59,255 nt of DNA, taken from the NCBI GenBank assembly GCA_964396715.1, contig CAYNFQ010000004.1, forward strand, positions 1 to 59,255. The letters run 5' to 3'. Positions 1-9,961 of this stretch are shown one piece after another (the stretch's first letter is position 1; the number at the start of each line of letters is the position of its first letter). A program made the position numbers and the translations under genes. A model generated the notes under the pieces. That model saw nothing but the letters and a program-made list of their open reading frames with translations, was not told the DNA's origin and did not search any database. The DNA is from an uncultured Gammaproteobacteria bacterium. GTDB taxonomy: Bacteria > Patescibacteriota > Microgenomatia > Daviesbacterales > UBA10151.

Positions 1-6
1 AAAAAG

Positions 7-144
7 ATGAAAAAAATTAAAAAAATTCCTTGGTCAGAGTCGATATGGTTTCTTGATCTTGACGATACCCTCATTGATACGGCAGGTGCAACAATATCTG
101 CCTCAGAAGGAAAATTATCGGATGTCGCCAACTTTTTAACTTAA
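7..144 (+). pseudogene. Truncated HAD-superfamily hydrolase N-terminus (45 aa)
   Basis: Manual translation MKKIKKIPWSESIWFLDLDDTLIDTAGATISASEGKLSDVANFLT*. It has HAD motif I (FLDLDDTLIDT) but stops at 142-144, overlapping the RAYT stop codon. Confidence 0.5.
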
Positions 145-836
145 TCTTGCTCTAATGTCTGATCTTCAATTACGGAAAAATCACCCTTTTCTTCTACAAA
201 AGCTTTATATGTAAGTTTAGGGCTGGTTTTGGGAAAAAAGCTTAAGATTTCTTCCGGATGCACCCATTCCGTTTTTCGTTTGCCCAAATATTCAGGATAA
301 GAAGATGGTTGTTCGTAGGCATGCAAGGCGTCGCCTTTTGTGCCTGAATGGATATAGGCTTGTCTGTGGATATACTTGGATAAGTAGATAAATTGCTCAT
401 CAGTCTCGATATTAACTGCTTTATATACACCTTGATACAAAGCGCCTACTCTTTTGTATTTTTTATTAAAATACATAGTGTATCTTGTACCTAATGAATT
501 CATAAATTTATCAATAGATAAAGCATTTTTCTGCTTAATAAAAAAATGAAAATGGTTTGGCATTAAACAATAAGCTAAAAGAGTTATCTCACCATAGAAA
601 TTGTTTAAATGTAAAATTTTTAATATACGATCTCTTTCTTTGTAAGAAATGGAATAATCTGTTAATTTTTCTGATAAAGCTTTATTATTTCTAAAAGATA
701 GATATTCCTTTAAATATGAAAGGAAGACTGCATAATCTTGTTGATCTTGGAAAATTATTCTTTTTTCAACACCACGATTATAAATGTGGTAATAACTATC
801 TTCTGAATATTGTTTAATTGAATTTTTTGCGGGCAT
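141..836 (-). CDS. REP-associated tyrosine transposase (RAYT, Y1 HUH family)
   Basis: N-terminal YYHIYNRG, HUH motif LMPNHFHF and catalytic Tyr in YIH; no TnpB partner. Confidence 0.85.
   Translation of the reverse strand: MPAKNSIKQYSEDSYYHIYNRGVEKRIIFQDQQDYAVFLSYLKEYLSFRNNKALSEKLTDYSISYKERDRILKILHLNNFYGEITLLAYCLMPNHFHFFIKQKNALSIDKFMNSLGTRYTMYFNKKYKRVGALYQGVYKAVNIETDEQFIYLSKYIHRQAYIHSGTKGDALHAYEQPSSYPEYLGKRKTEWVHPEEILSFFPKTSPKLTYKAFVEEKGDFSVIEDQTLEQD
323..343. repeat. REP-like palindrome inside RAYT1 coding sequence
   Basis: GCAAGGCGTCGCCTTTTGTGC, 20/21 identical to 868-888. Confidence 0.75.
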
Positions 837-867
837 AACTTCAGACTACCATAGTTTGATTACCCAC

Positions 868-888
868 GCAAGGCGTCACCTTTTGTGC
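868..888. repeat. REP-like palindrome upstream of RAYT1
   Basis: GCAAGGCGTCACCTTTTGTGC (AAGG-N5-CCTT hairpin core), about 30 bp upstream of the RAYT start. Confidence 0.75.
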
Positions 889-932
889 GTAGAAGTTGAT
901 TAGGCGGTTCGTATAGCGTATCATTAGCTGTG

Positions 933-2033
933 ATGAAAATTTTAATTACTGGAGCTCATTTTACCCCTGCAATTGCAGTTATTGAAGAGCTTAAAAAATT
1001 TAAAGGTGTGGAAATTATATATGTGGGAAGAAAAACCACCATGGAGGGTGACCAAACTCAATCCCAAGAATCGATCATCCTGCCAGAGACGGGGGTGAAA
1101 TTTATTTCGATCATCACAGGAAGATGGCAGAGAGTTTTTACCCCTTATACCATCCCCTCGCTTTTAAAAATCCCGATAGGTTTTATTCAATCTTTTTGGA
1201 TTATTTTATCTGAAAAACCGGATGTGATTTTATCGTTTGGGGGGTATGTGAGCGTTCCGGTGGTTTTTGCCGGGTGGCTTTTTTCAATTCCGGTTATTAT
1301 ACATGAACCAGCTCTTTTGATGGGTCTGGCAAATAAAATTTGCAGCCCTTTGGCAAATAAGATCGCTTTATCCTTCAAGAATCAAAATGTCTTAGATGGA
1401 AAGATAATTGCAACAGGTAATCCTCTAAGGGATGAAATTTTACATCCTAGCGGGGACATTGATTTAAGTTACAAAGAAATTTTTCAAGAGGCTAAAAAAT
1501 CTAACCTGCCTACTATTTTGATTACGGGGGGAAACCAGGGTTCTCATATAATAAATCTTGCAATTGAGCATTCTTTAGATAAAATTTTGAAAATTGCCTG
1601 TGTGATTCATGTGACAGGGGAAAGTAAGTTTCATGATTTTGAAAGACTGCAGAAAAAACAGCACAATCGCTACTTGGTGAAAAAATGGATTGGAAAGGAA
1701 TGGGGCATCGTATTATCCAAGGCGGATTTGGCTATTTCCCGGGCAGGGATTAATACTCTGACAGAATTTGCTTTTTTTAGAATACCTGCTTTGGTTATTC
1801 CGATTCCATATCTCTACGGTGATGAGCAAAACAAAAATGCCCGGTATTTTGAAAAATTGGGCTTGGTAAAAATTTTACCTCAATCCAAATTATCGGAGGC
1901 TCTTATGAAAAATGTCAAAATTATGCTCAATAATATAAATTCTTTAAAGAAAGAGGCAGAAAGGGCTCAAAAATTTATTATCCCTGACGCTGCAAAAAGG
2001 CTTGCTTTGGAAACTGTCCTGTTGGTTAAATAA
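933..2033 (+). CDS. murG: UDP-GlcNAc:lipid I GlcNAc transferase
   Basis: GT28 features (TGAH, FGGYVSVP, TGNP, GGNQGS, SRAG, EQNKNA); first gene of the murG-ftsQ-ftsA-ftsZ run. Confidence 0.9.
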   Translation: MKILITGAHFTPAIAVIEELKKFKGVEIIYVGRKTTMEGDQTQSQESIILPETGVKFISIITGRWQRVFTPYTIPSLLKIPIGFIQSFWIILSEKPDVILSFGGYVSVPVVFAGWLFSIPVIIHEPALLMGLANKICSPLANKIALSFKNQNVLDGKIIATGNPLRDEILHPSGDIDLSYKEIFQEAKKSNLPTILITGGNQGSHIINLAIEHSLDKILKIACVIHVTGESKFHDFERLQKKQHNRYLVKKWIGKEWGIVLSKADLAISRAGINTLTEFAFFRIPALVIPIPYLYGDEQNKNARYFEKLGLVKILPQSKLSEALMKNVKIMLNNINSLKKEAERAQKFIIPDAAKRLALETVLLVK

Positions 2034-2050
2034 AGATCTATAATAGCTGT

Positions 2051-2860
2051 ATGATTTGGAAATTAAAAAAAAGAGCTAATGTAAAATCCAATCGTAGCAA
2101 ATACAGTTTGTTTTCTAAAAAGATATTAACTGCCTCTTTTATCCTAATTTTGGCAACAGGGTTTTTTCTAAACTATTTTGGAATTTTTACCGTTAAAACA
2201 GTTAATATTAAAATAGAAAAAATTGATTGTGCAGACGAAAAAAGTATCAAAGATTCGCTGGCATTATCAGGGAAAAATTTCTTTTTGATAAATGCCAAAT
2301 TTTTGGAGGAGAATTTAAAGCGGCAATTCATTTGTATAAAAAAAGTTTCTCTGGCAAAGTATATTCCGGATCACGTCGGCTTAACAGTTTTTGGAAGAGA
2401 TCCATACGCTGTTTTAATCAATCTGAGACTAAAAGAGGCAACTGGGTCTGCCACTCCTTCTGCTGATGATTTTGACTTAGGAGAGAAGTTTTTAGTTGAC
2501 GAAGAAGGGGTAATTTTTTCCAAAAATGCTCCTGATGCACACCTTCCCAAAATCTATTTTTCCCATCAGGAACTCTCTTTAGGCAAAAAGCTACAGGGGG
2601 AAATTTTGAGGGATGCTTTAATGATTATAAATAAACTTAAAGGTTTTGGCATAGAAATAGGAAATGTGAGCGTTTTAGAGAACAAGGTTTTAATTGTATA
2701 TTCCACCCCTAAAATAATTTTTAAGCTTTTGGATAATCTTGATATTCAACTTGCATCTTTACAATTGATCCTAGAGAAAGCTAAAATAGAGTCAAACAAC
2801 TTGGAGTTTATCGATTTAAGGTTTGATAAACCCATTGTCAGATTTGCCCCGAAAAAATAG
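2051..2860 (+). CDS. ftsQ: Cell division protein FtsQ/DivIB-like
   Basis: N-terminal TM helix, POTRA-like region and C-terminal IDLRFDKPIV; lies between murG and ftsA. Confidence 0.75.
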   Translation: MIWKLKKRANVKSNRSKYSLFSKKILTASFILILATGFFLNYFGIFTVKTVNIKIEKIDCADEKSIKDSLALSGKNFFLINAKFLEENLKRQFICIKKVSLAKYIPDHVGLTVFGRDPYAVLINLRLKEATGSATPSADDFDLGEKFLVDEEGVIFSKNAPDAHLPKIYFSHQELSLGKKLQGEILRDALMIINKLKGFGIEIGNVSVLENKVLIVYSTPKIIFKLLDNLDIQLASLQLILEKAKIESNNLEFIDLRFDKPIVRFAPKK

Positions 2861-2863
2861 CTT

Positions 2864-4153
2864 ATGGCTAAGGATAAAATAATTTGCGGAATAGACGTTG
2901 GCTCATCAAAGATTGCCACACTGATTGCGTCAATGGATGAAAATGGAAAAATAAATCTGATCGGGGTTTCTGCTACATTATCAAAAGGGATCAGAAAAAA
3001 CCAGGTGGTGGATATTGATGAGGCGGTGAGGGCCATCACAGAGTCGGTTGAGGCCTCAGAAAGAATGGCCGGTTATTCAATCTCATCTGCTTTTGTTTCC
3101 TCAGGGGGGCCGCAAATTGAAAGCATTAACCAGCATGCGGTGGTGGCAGTCTCAGAACCGGAAGGTGAAATTAGAGAAAGTGATATTCAAAGGGTCAATG
3201 ATGCGGCCAGGGCAATTCCGTTGCCTTCTTCAAGGGAAATACTGCATGTTATCCCCAGGACATTTACGGTAGATGGCCAGGAAGGAATTAAGGACCCGAT
3301 TGGCATGACGGGTGTCAGGCTGGAGACGGAAACACATATTATCACCGGTGCCACAACTTCACTCCGGAATTTAGTCAAATGCGTATCCGAGGTTGGCATT
3401 GATGTGACCGAGCTGGTTTTTTCCGGTATTGCCTCATCCATTGCTGTTTTAACTGATACCGAAAAAGAATTAGGGGTGGTTTTGGTTGATATTGGCGGGG
3501 AGACAACAGATGTGGTGATTTTTGTGGACGGATCTGTTGCTTACTCATCCGTTATCCCGATAGGCGCGCGCCACATCACCTCTGATATGGCAGTGGGACT
3601 GCGGATTTCTTTGGAATCTGCTGAAAAAATCAAGTTATCCTTGGGCCAGTTACAAAAGACTCCTGCAGTTGCAGACGAAAAAGAAGAGGAGAAAGCTCAA
3701 ACAGGCAAAAAAGAGGAGATTATCAATGTTATGGCGTTGGGTATTGACGAGGATATTCAAAAAGTATCCAGGAAAGCGGTGGTGGATGGGATTATCAGGC
3801 CAAGACTGCAGGAAATATTTAAATATGTAGCCCGCGAGATCAAAAAAAGCGGGTTCGGGACCCAAATCCCCTCAGGTTTGGTAATTTGCGGAGGAGGGGC
3901 GCAGACTGTCGGAGTTATGGAGCAGGCAAAATACGTGATTGGTTTTCCGGCGAGGATTGGTCAAATAGAAGGTTTGGCAGGACTCATTGAGGAAATTGAA
4001 TCACCTGCCTTTTCCACTGCTGCAGGTTTGATTCTTTATGGAGCAACACAGGGTTCCTCAGGTGAAATTCGTATTCCGGTTTTATCAGGCAGCCTGCCTT
4101 TGAGGAATATGGTTCAAAAAGGGATAGCTTTGGTAAAATCATTTCTGCCATAA
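2864..4153 (+). CDS. ftsA: Cell division protein FtsA
   Basis: GIDVGSSKI, LVDIGGETT and GGGA actin-fold motifs; upstream of ftsZ. Confidence 0.97.
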   Translation: MAKDKIICGIDVGSSKIATLIASMDENGKINLIGVSATLSKGIRKNQVVDIDEAVRAITESVEASERMAGYSISSAFVSSGGPQIESINQHAVVAVSEPEGEIRESDIQRVNDAARAIPLPSSREILHVIPRTFTVDGQEGIKDPIGMTGVRLETETHIITGATTSLRNLVKCVSEVGIDVTELVFSGIASSIAVLTDTEKELGVVLVDIGGETTDVVIFVDGSVAYSSVIPIGARHITSDMAVGLRISLESAEKIKLSLGQLQKTPAVADEKEEEKAQTGKKEEIINVMALGIDEDIQKVSRKAVVDGIIRPRLQEIFKYVAREIKKSGFGTQIPSGLVICGGGAQTVGVMEQAKYVIGFPARIGQIEGLAGLIEEIESPAFSTAAGLILYGATQGSSGEIRIPVLSGSLPLRNMVQKGIALVKSFLP

Positions 4154-4240
4154 GCTGGGGTCTTGATATTGCTGATAAGTTTCTGTTATATTCTGAGCGA
4201 AGCCAAGTCAGACTGGGCGAAGCGAAGAAGGTAAGTTATT

Positions 4241-5398
4241 ATGCTTGTTAAACCTGATGTTCAAAGATTTGCCAAGATTAAAGTAGTAGGTTTGGGCGGT
4301 GGCGGTTCCAACTCCTTAAACTCCATGATTTCCCTGCAACAAATCCAGGGTGTGGAATTTGTGGCGGTGAATACCGATGCGCAGGCCCTAATGAGTAATC
4401 AGTCCCCGACAAAAGTGCAGATCGGAGAGAGCATCACCCGCGGACTGGGTTCTGGTGGAGATCCTGAGGTGGGAAGACAAGCTGCGGAAGAGTCAACCCA
4501 AAAGCTGGAAGATGTTTTGCAGGATGCGGATATGGTTTTTTTAACAGCTGGCATGGGCGGAGGGACCGGCACAGGTTCCATACCTACTGTTGCCCAAATT
4601 GCCAAAAATATGGGCGCCTTAACTGTGGCGGTTGTCACTAAGCCGTTTGCTTTTGAAGGCACCAGGCGGATGGTTGTGGCCGAGGAGGGAGTAGAGAAGT
4701 TAAAAGATAAGGTTGATGCCTTAATTATTATTCCAAATCAAAGACTTTTGGAAACAGTTGAAAAAAACATGACCCTTTTTGAAGCTTTTAAACTGGCTGA
4801 TTCTGTTTTGGGCCAGGGGGTTCAGGGCATTTCCGATTTGATTACCATGCCGGGGCTTATCAATGTTGATTTTGCTGATGTTAAAACTATCATGTCTTCT
4901 GCCGGTTCTGCTTTAATGGGAATAGGTATGGCTGGAGGGGAAAACAGAGCAGCAGCGGCTGCCAGGATGGCAATTGCTTCTCCCCTTTTGGAGGTTTCCA
5001 TAGAGGGTGCCAAAGGAGTGCTTTTTAATATAGTCGGAGGTCCGGATCTTTCTATGACAGAGGTGAACGAGGCAGCCCAGATTATTGCCCAGGCTGCGGA
5101 CCCTGATGCCAACATCATTTTTGGAGCCACCATTAAAGAAGATCAGCTGGATCAGGTTAAAATCTCGGTTATAGCCACCGGCTTTGATGAGACCAGAAGG
5201 AGGCTGAGGGAATATATTGGGACAGGTATAGGTTCAGCATCTTTGCAAAACCAGGCAACCGCCTGGGGTGATGAGGCAGCAGAAGAAACCCCCGCACCCC
5301 AAACAGCCTCGGCAGAAACAGTGAAAGAGGCTCAGGCCAGGCAAAGCGAGGATGATGAAGATTTGGAAATCCCGGCATTTCTGCGGTCTAATCGTTAA
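4241..5398 (+). CDS. ftsZ: Cell division protein FtsZ
   Basis: GGGTGTG tubulin signature, NVDFADV and C-terminal LEIPAFLR. Confidence 0.99.
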   Translation: MLVKPDVQRFAKIKVVGLGGGGSNSLNSMISLQQIQGVEFVAVNTDAQALMSNQSPTKVQIGESITRGLGSGGDPEVGRQAAEESTQKLEDVLQDADMVFLTAGMGGGTGTGSIPTVAQIAKNMGALTVAVVTKPFAFEGTRRMVVAEEGVEKLKDKVDALIIIPNQRLLETVEKNMTLFEAFKLADSVLGQGVQGISDLITMPGLINVDFADVKTIMSSAGSALMGIGMAGGENRAAAAARMAIASPLLEVSIEGAKGVLFNIVGGPDLSMTEVNEAAQIIAQAADPDANIIFGATIKEDQLDQVKISVIATGFDETRRRLREYIGTGIGSASLQNQATAWGDEAAEETPAPQTASAETVKEAQARQSEDDEDLEIPAFLRSNR

Positions 5399-5435
5399 CA
5401 AGGTATAATATGTTCACAAGTTAGAATATAAAACT

Positions 5436-6209
5436 ATGACAGAAAGAAAAAGACTAGAAATTCCACAATCTACACTGGACCAAGAGTTAGCAAGTGAAGC
5501 ATTTCACAATTCATTTGGTGAATATGAGAAAGTCATAAAAGAACTAGGTATAGTTCAAACTATATTAGTTGGTGATAAGCTTGGATTGCGTACCTCCTAT
5601 GTGTGGAATGTGTTATCTCAAGATTTTTCCCCAGAGGGAATGGGAGGTTCTATGTTTGCTCAATTAGACGAAGGAGCAACAAGAGTTATAAAAGAAACCC
5701 ATGATTATCAACCTGTCCGAATAGCTAATGTCTTACCTTCACGATTAGCTCAATTAAGTAGATTATATGAGGAGGCTGGCTTTACACTTGAATTATTCCA
5801 AATTGCCAATCAGGGAGTAGAAACAACATCGACGCCTCATCATATTGAAGCTGAGGATTCTGGTCTTGATGTACTCATTGGTGTTGAGTCCTATCATCAA
5901 AGATTGCAGCAGGCTCAAGAGATAGCAAGGCAGGCACGAATTGTATGGGGAGAAGGCTTCGAAGAAACGTTTAGACTTGATATCTTTGATGAAATGAGAG
6001 ATAGAGCAGCTGGAGTAATGCTAAAAGATATTACCCTTGCGAGAAATGCTGTAATTGAGGGAGGTTTTGCGAGGGGACTTGAACTACTAGCGGAACCATG
6101 GCGAGTACTCAGCGAGATTACAGGAGACCCGTATAACCCTCATCTTGATATAATAACTGTACTAGATGTGACTGGAGCTATAGAAGCAGGAGTCCTTAAA
6201 CTGTATTAA
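5436..6209 (+). CDS. Hypothetical protein (257 aa)
   Basis: Long ORF with ATG start and TATAAT at 5404-5409; no recognisable motif. Confidence 0.7.
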   Translation: MTERKRLEIPQSTLDQELASEAFHNSFGEYEKVIKELGIVQTILVGDKLGLRTSYVWNVLSQDFSPEGMGGSMFAQLDEGATRVIKETHDYQPVRIANVLPSRLAQLSRLYEEAGFTLELFQIANQGVETTSTPHHIEAEDSGLDVLIGVESYHQRLQQAQEIARQARIVWGEGFEETFRLDIFDEMRDRAAGVMLKDITLARNAVIEGGFARGLELLAEPWRVLSEITGDPYNPHLDIITVLDVTGAIEAGVLKLY

Positions 6210-6215
6210 CAACCA

Positions 6216-6248
6216 ACCCACACCAGGTGTGTGCTAGGTAGACACATA
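6216..6248. repeat. Left arm of 33-bp inverted repeat flanking RAYT2 (REP-like)
   Basis: ACCCACACCAGGTGTGTGCTAGGTAGACACATA; 29/33 identical to the reverse complement of 6953-6985. Confidence 0.85.
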
Positions 6249-6252
6249 AGGA

Positions 6253-6927
6253 CTATTCCAGTAAAAGGTGTTTAATTCTGTCTAATTTTCTTTGGTAATC
6301 AATCTGATCTTTGGTGAATTCTATAAACTTATCTTTAGTGGCAAAGAAACTCAGTATTTCATCTGTACTTATAATATTTGAGGTTTGTTTACCTATATAA
6401 ATAGGATAGGATGACCACTGGTAATTTGATAGCTCTTCTATATCCTTTAAAATAAATGCAGTTACAGGATTCAGATGAATGTAACGGGCTACATGTAATA
6501 GTTGCTCGTCTGTTAATATTCTGACTGCTTTAAACATGGACTGAAACAATGAGCCAGTTCGTTCAGTTCTAGTATTAAAATATTTTGCATAACTGTTTTG
6601 AAATATACGCATAAATTTGGTTATACCATGATCTCTAATTTCCTTGATCAAAAAATGTACATGATTAGGCATAAAGCAGAAAGCTAAGATTTGCACAAGT
6701 TTTTGATCCTCTTTATTTAAATTTTCTATTATTTCATTTTTAAGTGCGATAGGGAGACGAGAAAAGTGGGAAAATCTTACAGGAGGGTTTAAATTATTAT
6801 AGTATGACAATACTTCAAATCCCCTTTGATAATATGTATCCGATGGGAATATAGGTTGACGAGCAACACTTCTATTAAAAATATGATAAATCTCACCATT
6901 AACTAAAGGGGTTTTTCGGTAAGGCAT
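6253..6927 (-). CDS. REP-associated tyrosine transposase (RAYT, Y1 HUH family)
   Basis: YHIFNRS, FMPNHVHF (HUH), YIHLNP and YQWSS motifs; flanked by inverted REP-like repeats. Confidence 0.9.
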   Translation of the reverse strand: MPYRKTPLVNGEIYHIFNRSVARQPIFPSDTYYQRGFEVLSYYNNLNPPVRFSHFSRLPIALKNEIIENLNKEDQKLVQILAFCFMPNHVHFLIKEIRDHGITKFMRIFQNSYAKYFNTRTERTGSLFQSMFKAVRILTDEQLLHVARYIHLNPVTAFILKDIEELSNYQWSSYPIYIGKQTSNIISTDEILSFFATKDKFIEFTKDQIDYQRKLDRIKHLLLE

Positions 6928-6952
6928 ATCTACAGATTATATCTAATTACCG

Positions 6953-6985
6953 TATGTGTCAAGCTACGACACACCTGGTGTGGGT
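6953..6985. repeat. Right arm of 33-bp inverted repeat flanking RAYT2 (REP-like)
   Basis: TATGTGTCAAGCTACGACACACCTGGTGTGGGT; contains the palindrome CACACCTGGTGTG. Confidence 0.85.
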
Positions 6986-7027
6986 GACGGCTAGCCTATA
7001 TGAGAAGATTCTGCTAAAATCTTTATT

Positions 7028-9961
7028 ATGACTACATTTAAACCAGTTTCATCACAAGTTGATTTTCCGACTCTAGAGAGAGAGTTGTTGGAGTATTGGT
7101 ACAAAAAAGGGATAGTTGAGAAATACTTAAATAAAAATCAAAATTCCCATAAAAAATTCTCCTTTTTGGATGGGCCGATTACTGCCAATAACCCGATGGG
7201 GGTACACCACGCTTGGGGGAGAACTTATAAAGATTTGTGGCAAAGATTTTTTAATATGCAAGGTTACGCGCAGAGATTTCAAAATGGTTTTGATGAACAG
7301 GGACTTTGGGTGGAAGTAGAAGTGGAAAAGCAGTTAGGACTGCATACAAAAAAAGACATAGAAAATTTAGTTGCTGGTGATAAATTTAAGAGTTTAGAAA
7401 AATTTATCAATCTTTGCAAAGAAAGAGTAAAGAAATATTCTCAAATCCAAACTGAACAATCCAAAAGATTAGGATATTTTATGGATTGGGATCATTCTTA
7501 TCACACTTCCTCTGATGAAAATAACTATGCAATTTGGCATTTTTTGAAGGTTGTTTGGGAAAAGGGCTGGCTGTATAAAGGTCATGATAGTGTACCCTGG
7601 TGTCCCAGATGCGGAACAGCAATTTCCCAGCATGAGATTTTAACAGAAGATTATAAAGAGATTGTGCATGAATCAGTATATTTCAAACTGCCTATAAAGG
7701 GTAGAAAGAATGAATATTTGGTAGTTTGGACAACAACTCCCTGGACAATTCCAGCAAATGTGGCAGTAGCGGTTGATTCTGATGAGGATTATGCACTAAT
7801 TGAGGTGGGGGAGGAGAAATTATGGGTGATGTCTAAAGTTTTGGATAAGGGCAATTGGGGAAATTTGGGTCATAGGGTTAATAAAGTTAAAGGAAACAAA
7901 CTTGTTGGCTTGGGGTATGACGCACCTTTTGATCATTTGCCCCGGGTATCAGAGGCTTTGGGTGAATATGTCCACAGAGTGGTAGAAACTGATGATTTAA
8001 TTTTACCCGTAACTGCTGAGGAAGGAACTGGTTTAGTTCATGTGGCCCCTGGGGCTGGATCTGAGGATTTTAAATTAGGTAAAAAATTGGGTTTGCCGGT
8101 AATTGAACTGATAGATGAAGAGGCAAATTATCTGGATAAAATGGAGGATTTTTCCAAAAAGAATGCCAAGAAACACCCGGAGTTAATAATAGATTTTCTA
8201 AAAAACAAAGAAGGGGGGAAATTTCTATTGAAGACTGAAATGACCAAACACAGGTACCCAAATTGCTGGAGGTGTAAATCTGAGCTGGTTTGGAGAGTGG
8301 TGGATGAGTGGTATATGGCGATGGATAAACCATCGAACTCAAAACTCAAAGCTCAAAACTCAAAACTGGAAGAAAAAACATACAGGGAGCAGATGATGGA
8401 GGTGGCCAGACAAATTAACTGGATACCAAAGTGGGGTTTGGAGCGAGAATTGGATTGGCTAAAAAATATGCATGATTGGTTAATCTCCAAAAAAAGATAT
8501 TGGGGTTTATCTTTACCTGTTTGGGAATGTACCAGTTGTGGGCATTTTGAGGTGATTGGGTCAAAAGATGAGTTGAAAGAAAAAGCTGTGGCAGGATGGG
8601 AGGAATTTGAGGGACACTCGCCTCACAGGCCCTGGATAGACCAAATTAAAATAAAATGTTCCAAGTGCGAGGAGGTAATTTCAAGAATACCAGATGTAGG
8701 TAACCCTTGGTTGGACGCAGGCATCGTGCCATTTTCTACACTACCAAAAGATTGGTTTCCGGCAGATTTTATTACCGAAAGTTTTCCCGGACAGTTTAAA
8801 AACTGGTTTTACTCCCTGATTGCCATGAGTACCGCATTAACAGGAGAAGCTCCATTTAAAAATATCCTTGGTTTTGCCTCACTTTTGGATGAAAGGGGTG
8901 AACCAATGCATAAATCTAAGGGTAATGCAATAGAGTTTAATGAAGCTGCAGATGAAATTGGTGCTGATGTGATGAGATGGATGTATGTGATACAAAATCC
9001 GGAAAGCAATTTACTGTTTGGTTATACGCCGGCATCAGATGTTAAGAGAAGATTTTATTTAATCCTTTGGAATTCTTACAAGTTTTTTGTGGATTATGCA
9101 AATTTGGCAAGTTGGGATTGTAATATCAGTACAGGAGTCAGAGATAAATTAACTATATTGGATAAATGGATTTTAGCCAGACTAACTGAGGTGGTTTTAT
9201 TAGTAAATGAGAAACTTTCTCACTATGATGCGGCTACTGCCTCAAGAGCAATAGAGGATTTTGTGGTTGTGGATCTTTCTACCTGGTATATCAGACGCTC
9301 AAGAGATAGGGTGGGAGTTGAGGTTGATTCAGCAAATCAGAACACTTTTCTTTCCGTAATGTATGGTGTTTTAGTAACACTGTCAAAACTTTTAGCTCCA
9401 TTTTCCCCCTTTATTGCTGAGGAAATATTCAGAAATTTAACAGGAGAAGATTCTGTACATTTACAAGATTTTCCTCAGGGAGATAAGGGTTACTTAGATG
9501 AAAAATTAATAAAGGATATGAGAGTGGTGAGAGAGATTGCAGAAAAAGGTCATGCCAAAAGGAAAGAAGCAAATATCAAATTAAGACAACCCCTCGCAAG
9601 CGTAACTTACAAATTAGCAGATAGACTAGGGGGAGTGCTGGAGCAGATTTTGGCAGACGAACTGAACGTAAAGACCGTTGAGTATCAAAAGTCCTCAAAA
9701 ACCGAGGCTGAAGTAAAACTGGATACAAAAATTACTCCATTCTTAGCTGAGGAAGGAGAAATGAGAGATTTAATCAGGCAGATCCAACAACTTAGAAAAG
9801 AGCAGAATCTGACTTTGACTGATAAGACGGAAATTTTGGCCCCATCATGGCCAAAGGCTTTTGAAGGTCAGATTCTGGCCCAAACGTCATCGGTTGCTAT
9901 AACAAAAGGGAATGAGTTAAAAATATTTAAGATTGAAGATGAAGATTTTAAGCGCAGTTAA
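7028..9961 (+). CDS. ileS: Isoleucine--tRNA ligase (IleRS2-type)
   Basis: DGPITANNPMGVHHAWGR (HIGH-equivalent), WTTTPWT, GTGLVHVAP, DWLISKKRYWG and MHKSKGN (KMSKS-equivalent). Confidence 0.97.
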   Translation: MTTFKPVSSQVDFPTLERELLEYWYKKGIVEKYLNKNQNSHKKFSFLDGPITANNPMGVHHAWGRTYKDLWQRFFNMQGYAQRFQNGFDEQGLWVEVEVEKQLGLHTKKDIENLVAGDKFKSLEKFINLCKERVKKYSQIQTEQSKRLGYFMDWDHSYHTSSDENNYAIWHFLKVVWEKGWLYKGHDSVPWCPRCGTAISQHEILTEDYKEIVHESVYFKLPIKGRKNEYLVVWTTTPWTIPANVAVAVDSDEDYALIEVGEEKLWVMSKVLDKGNWGNLGHRVNKVKGNKLVGLGYDAPFDHLPRVSEALGEYVHRVVETDDLILPVTAEEGTGLVHVAPGAGSEDFKLGKKLGLPVIELIDEEANYLDKMEDFSKKNAKKHPELIIDFLKNKEGGKFLLKTEMTKHRYPNCWRCKSELVWRVVDEWYMAMDKPSNSKLKAQNSKLEEKTYREQMMEVARQINWIPKWGLERELDWLKNMHDWLISKKRYWGLSLPVWECTSCGHFEVIGSKDELKEKAVAGWEEFEGHSPHRPWIDQIKIKCSKCEEVISRIPDVGNPWLDAGIVPFSTLPKDWFPADFITESFPGQFKNWFYSLIAMSTALTGEAPFKNILGFASLLDERGEPMHKSKGNAIEFNEAADEIGADVMRWMYVIQNPESNLLFGYTPASDVKRRFYLILWNSYKFFVDYANLASWDCNISTGVRDKLTILDKWILARLTEVVLLVNEKLSHYDAATASRAIEDFVVVDLSTWYIRRSRDRVGVEVDSANQNTFLSVMYGVLVTLSKLLAPFSPFIAEEIFRNLTGEDSVHLQDFPQGDKGYLDEKLIKDMRVVREIAEKGHAKRKEANIKLRQPLASVTYKLADRLGGVLEQILADELNVKTVEYQKSSKTEAEVKLDTKITPFLAEEGEMRDLIRQIQQLRKEQNLTLTDKTEILAPSWPKAFEGQILAQTSSVAITKGNELKIFKIEDEDFKRS
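8334..8368 (+). repeat. In-frame degenerate heptamer tandem repeat in ileS
   Basis: CGAACTC AAAACTC AAAGCTC AAAACTC AAAACTG, encoding SNSKLKAQNSKL. Confidence 0.8.
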
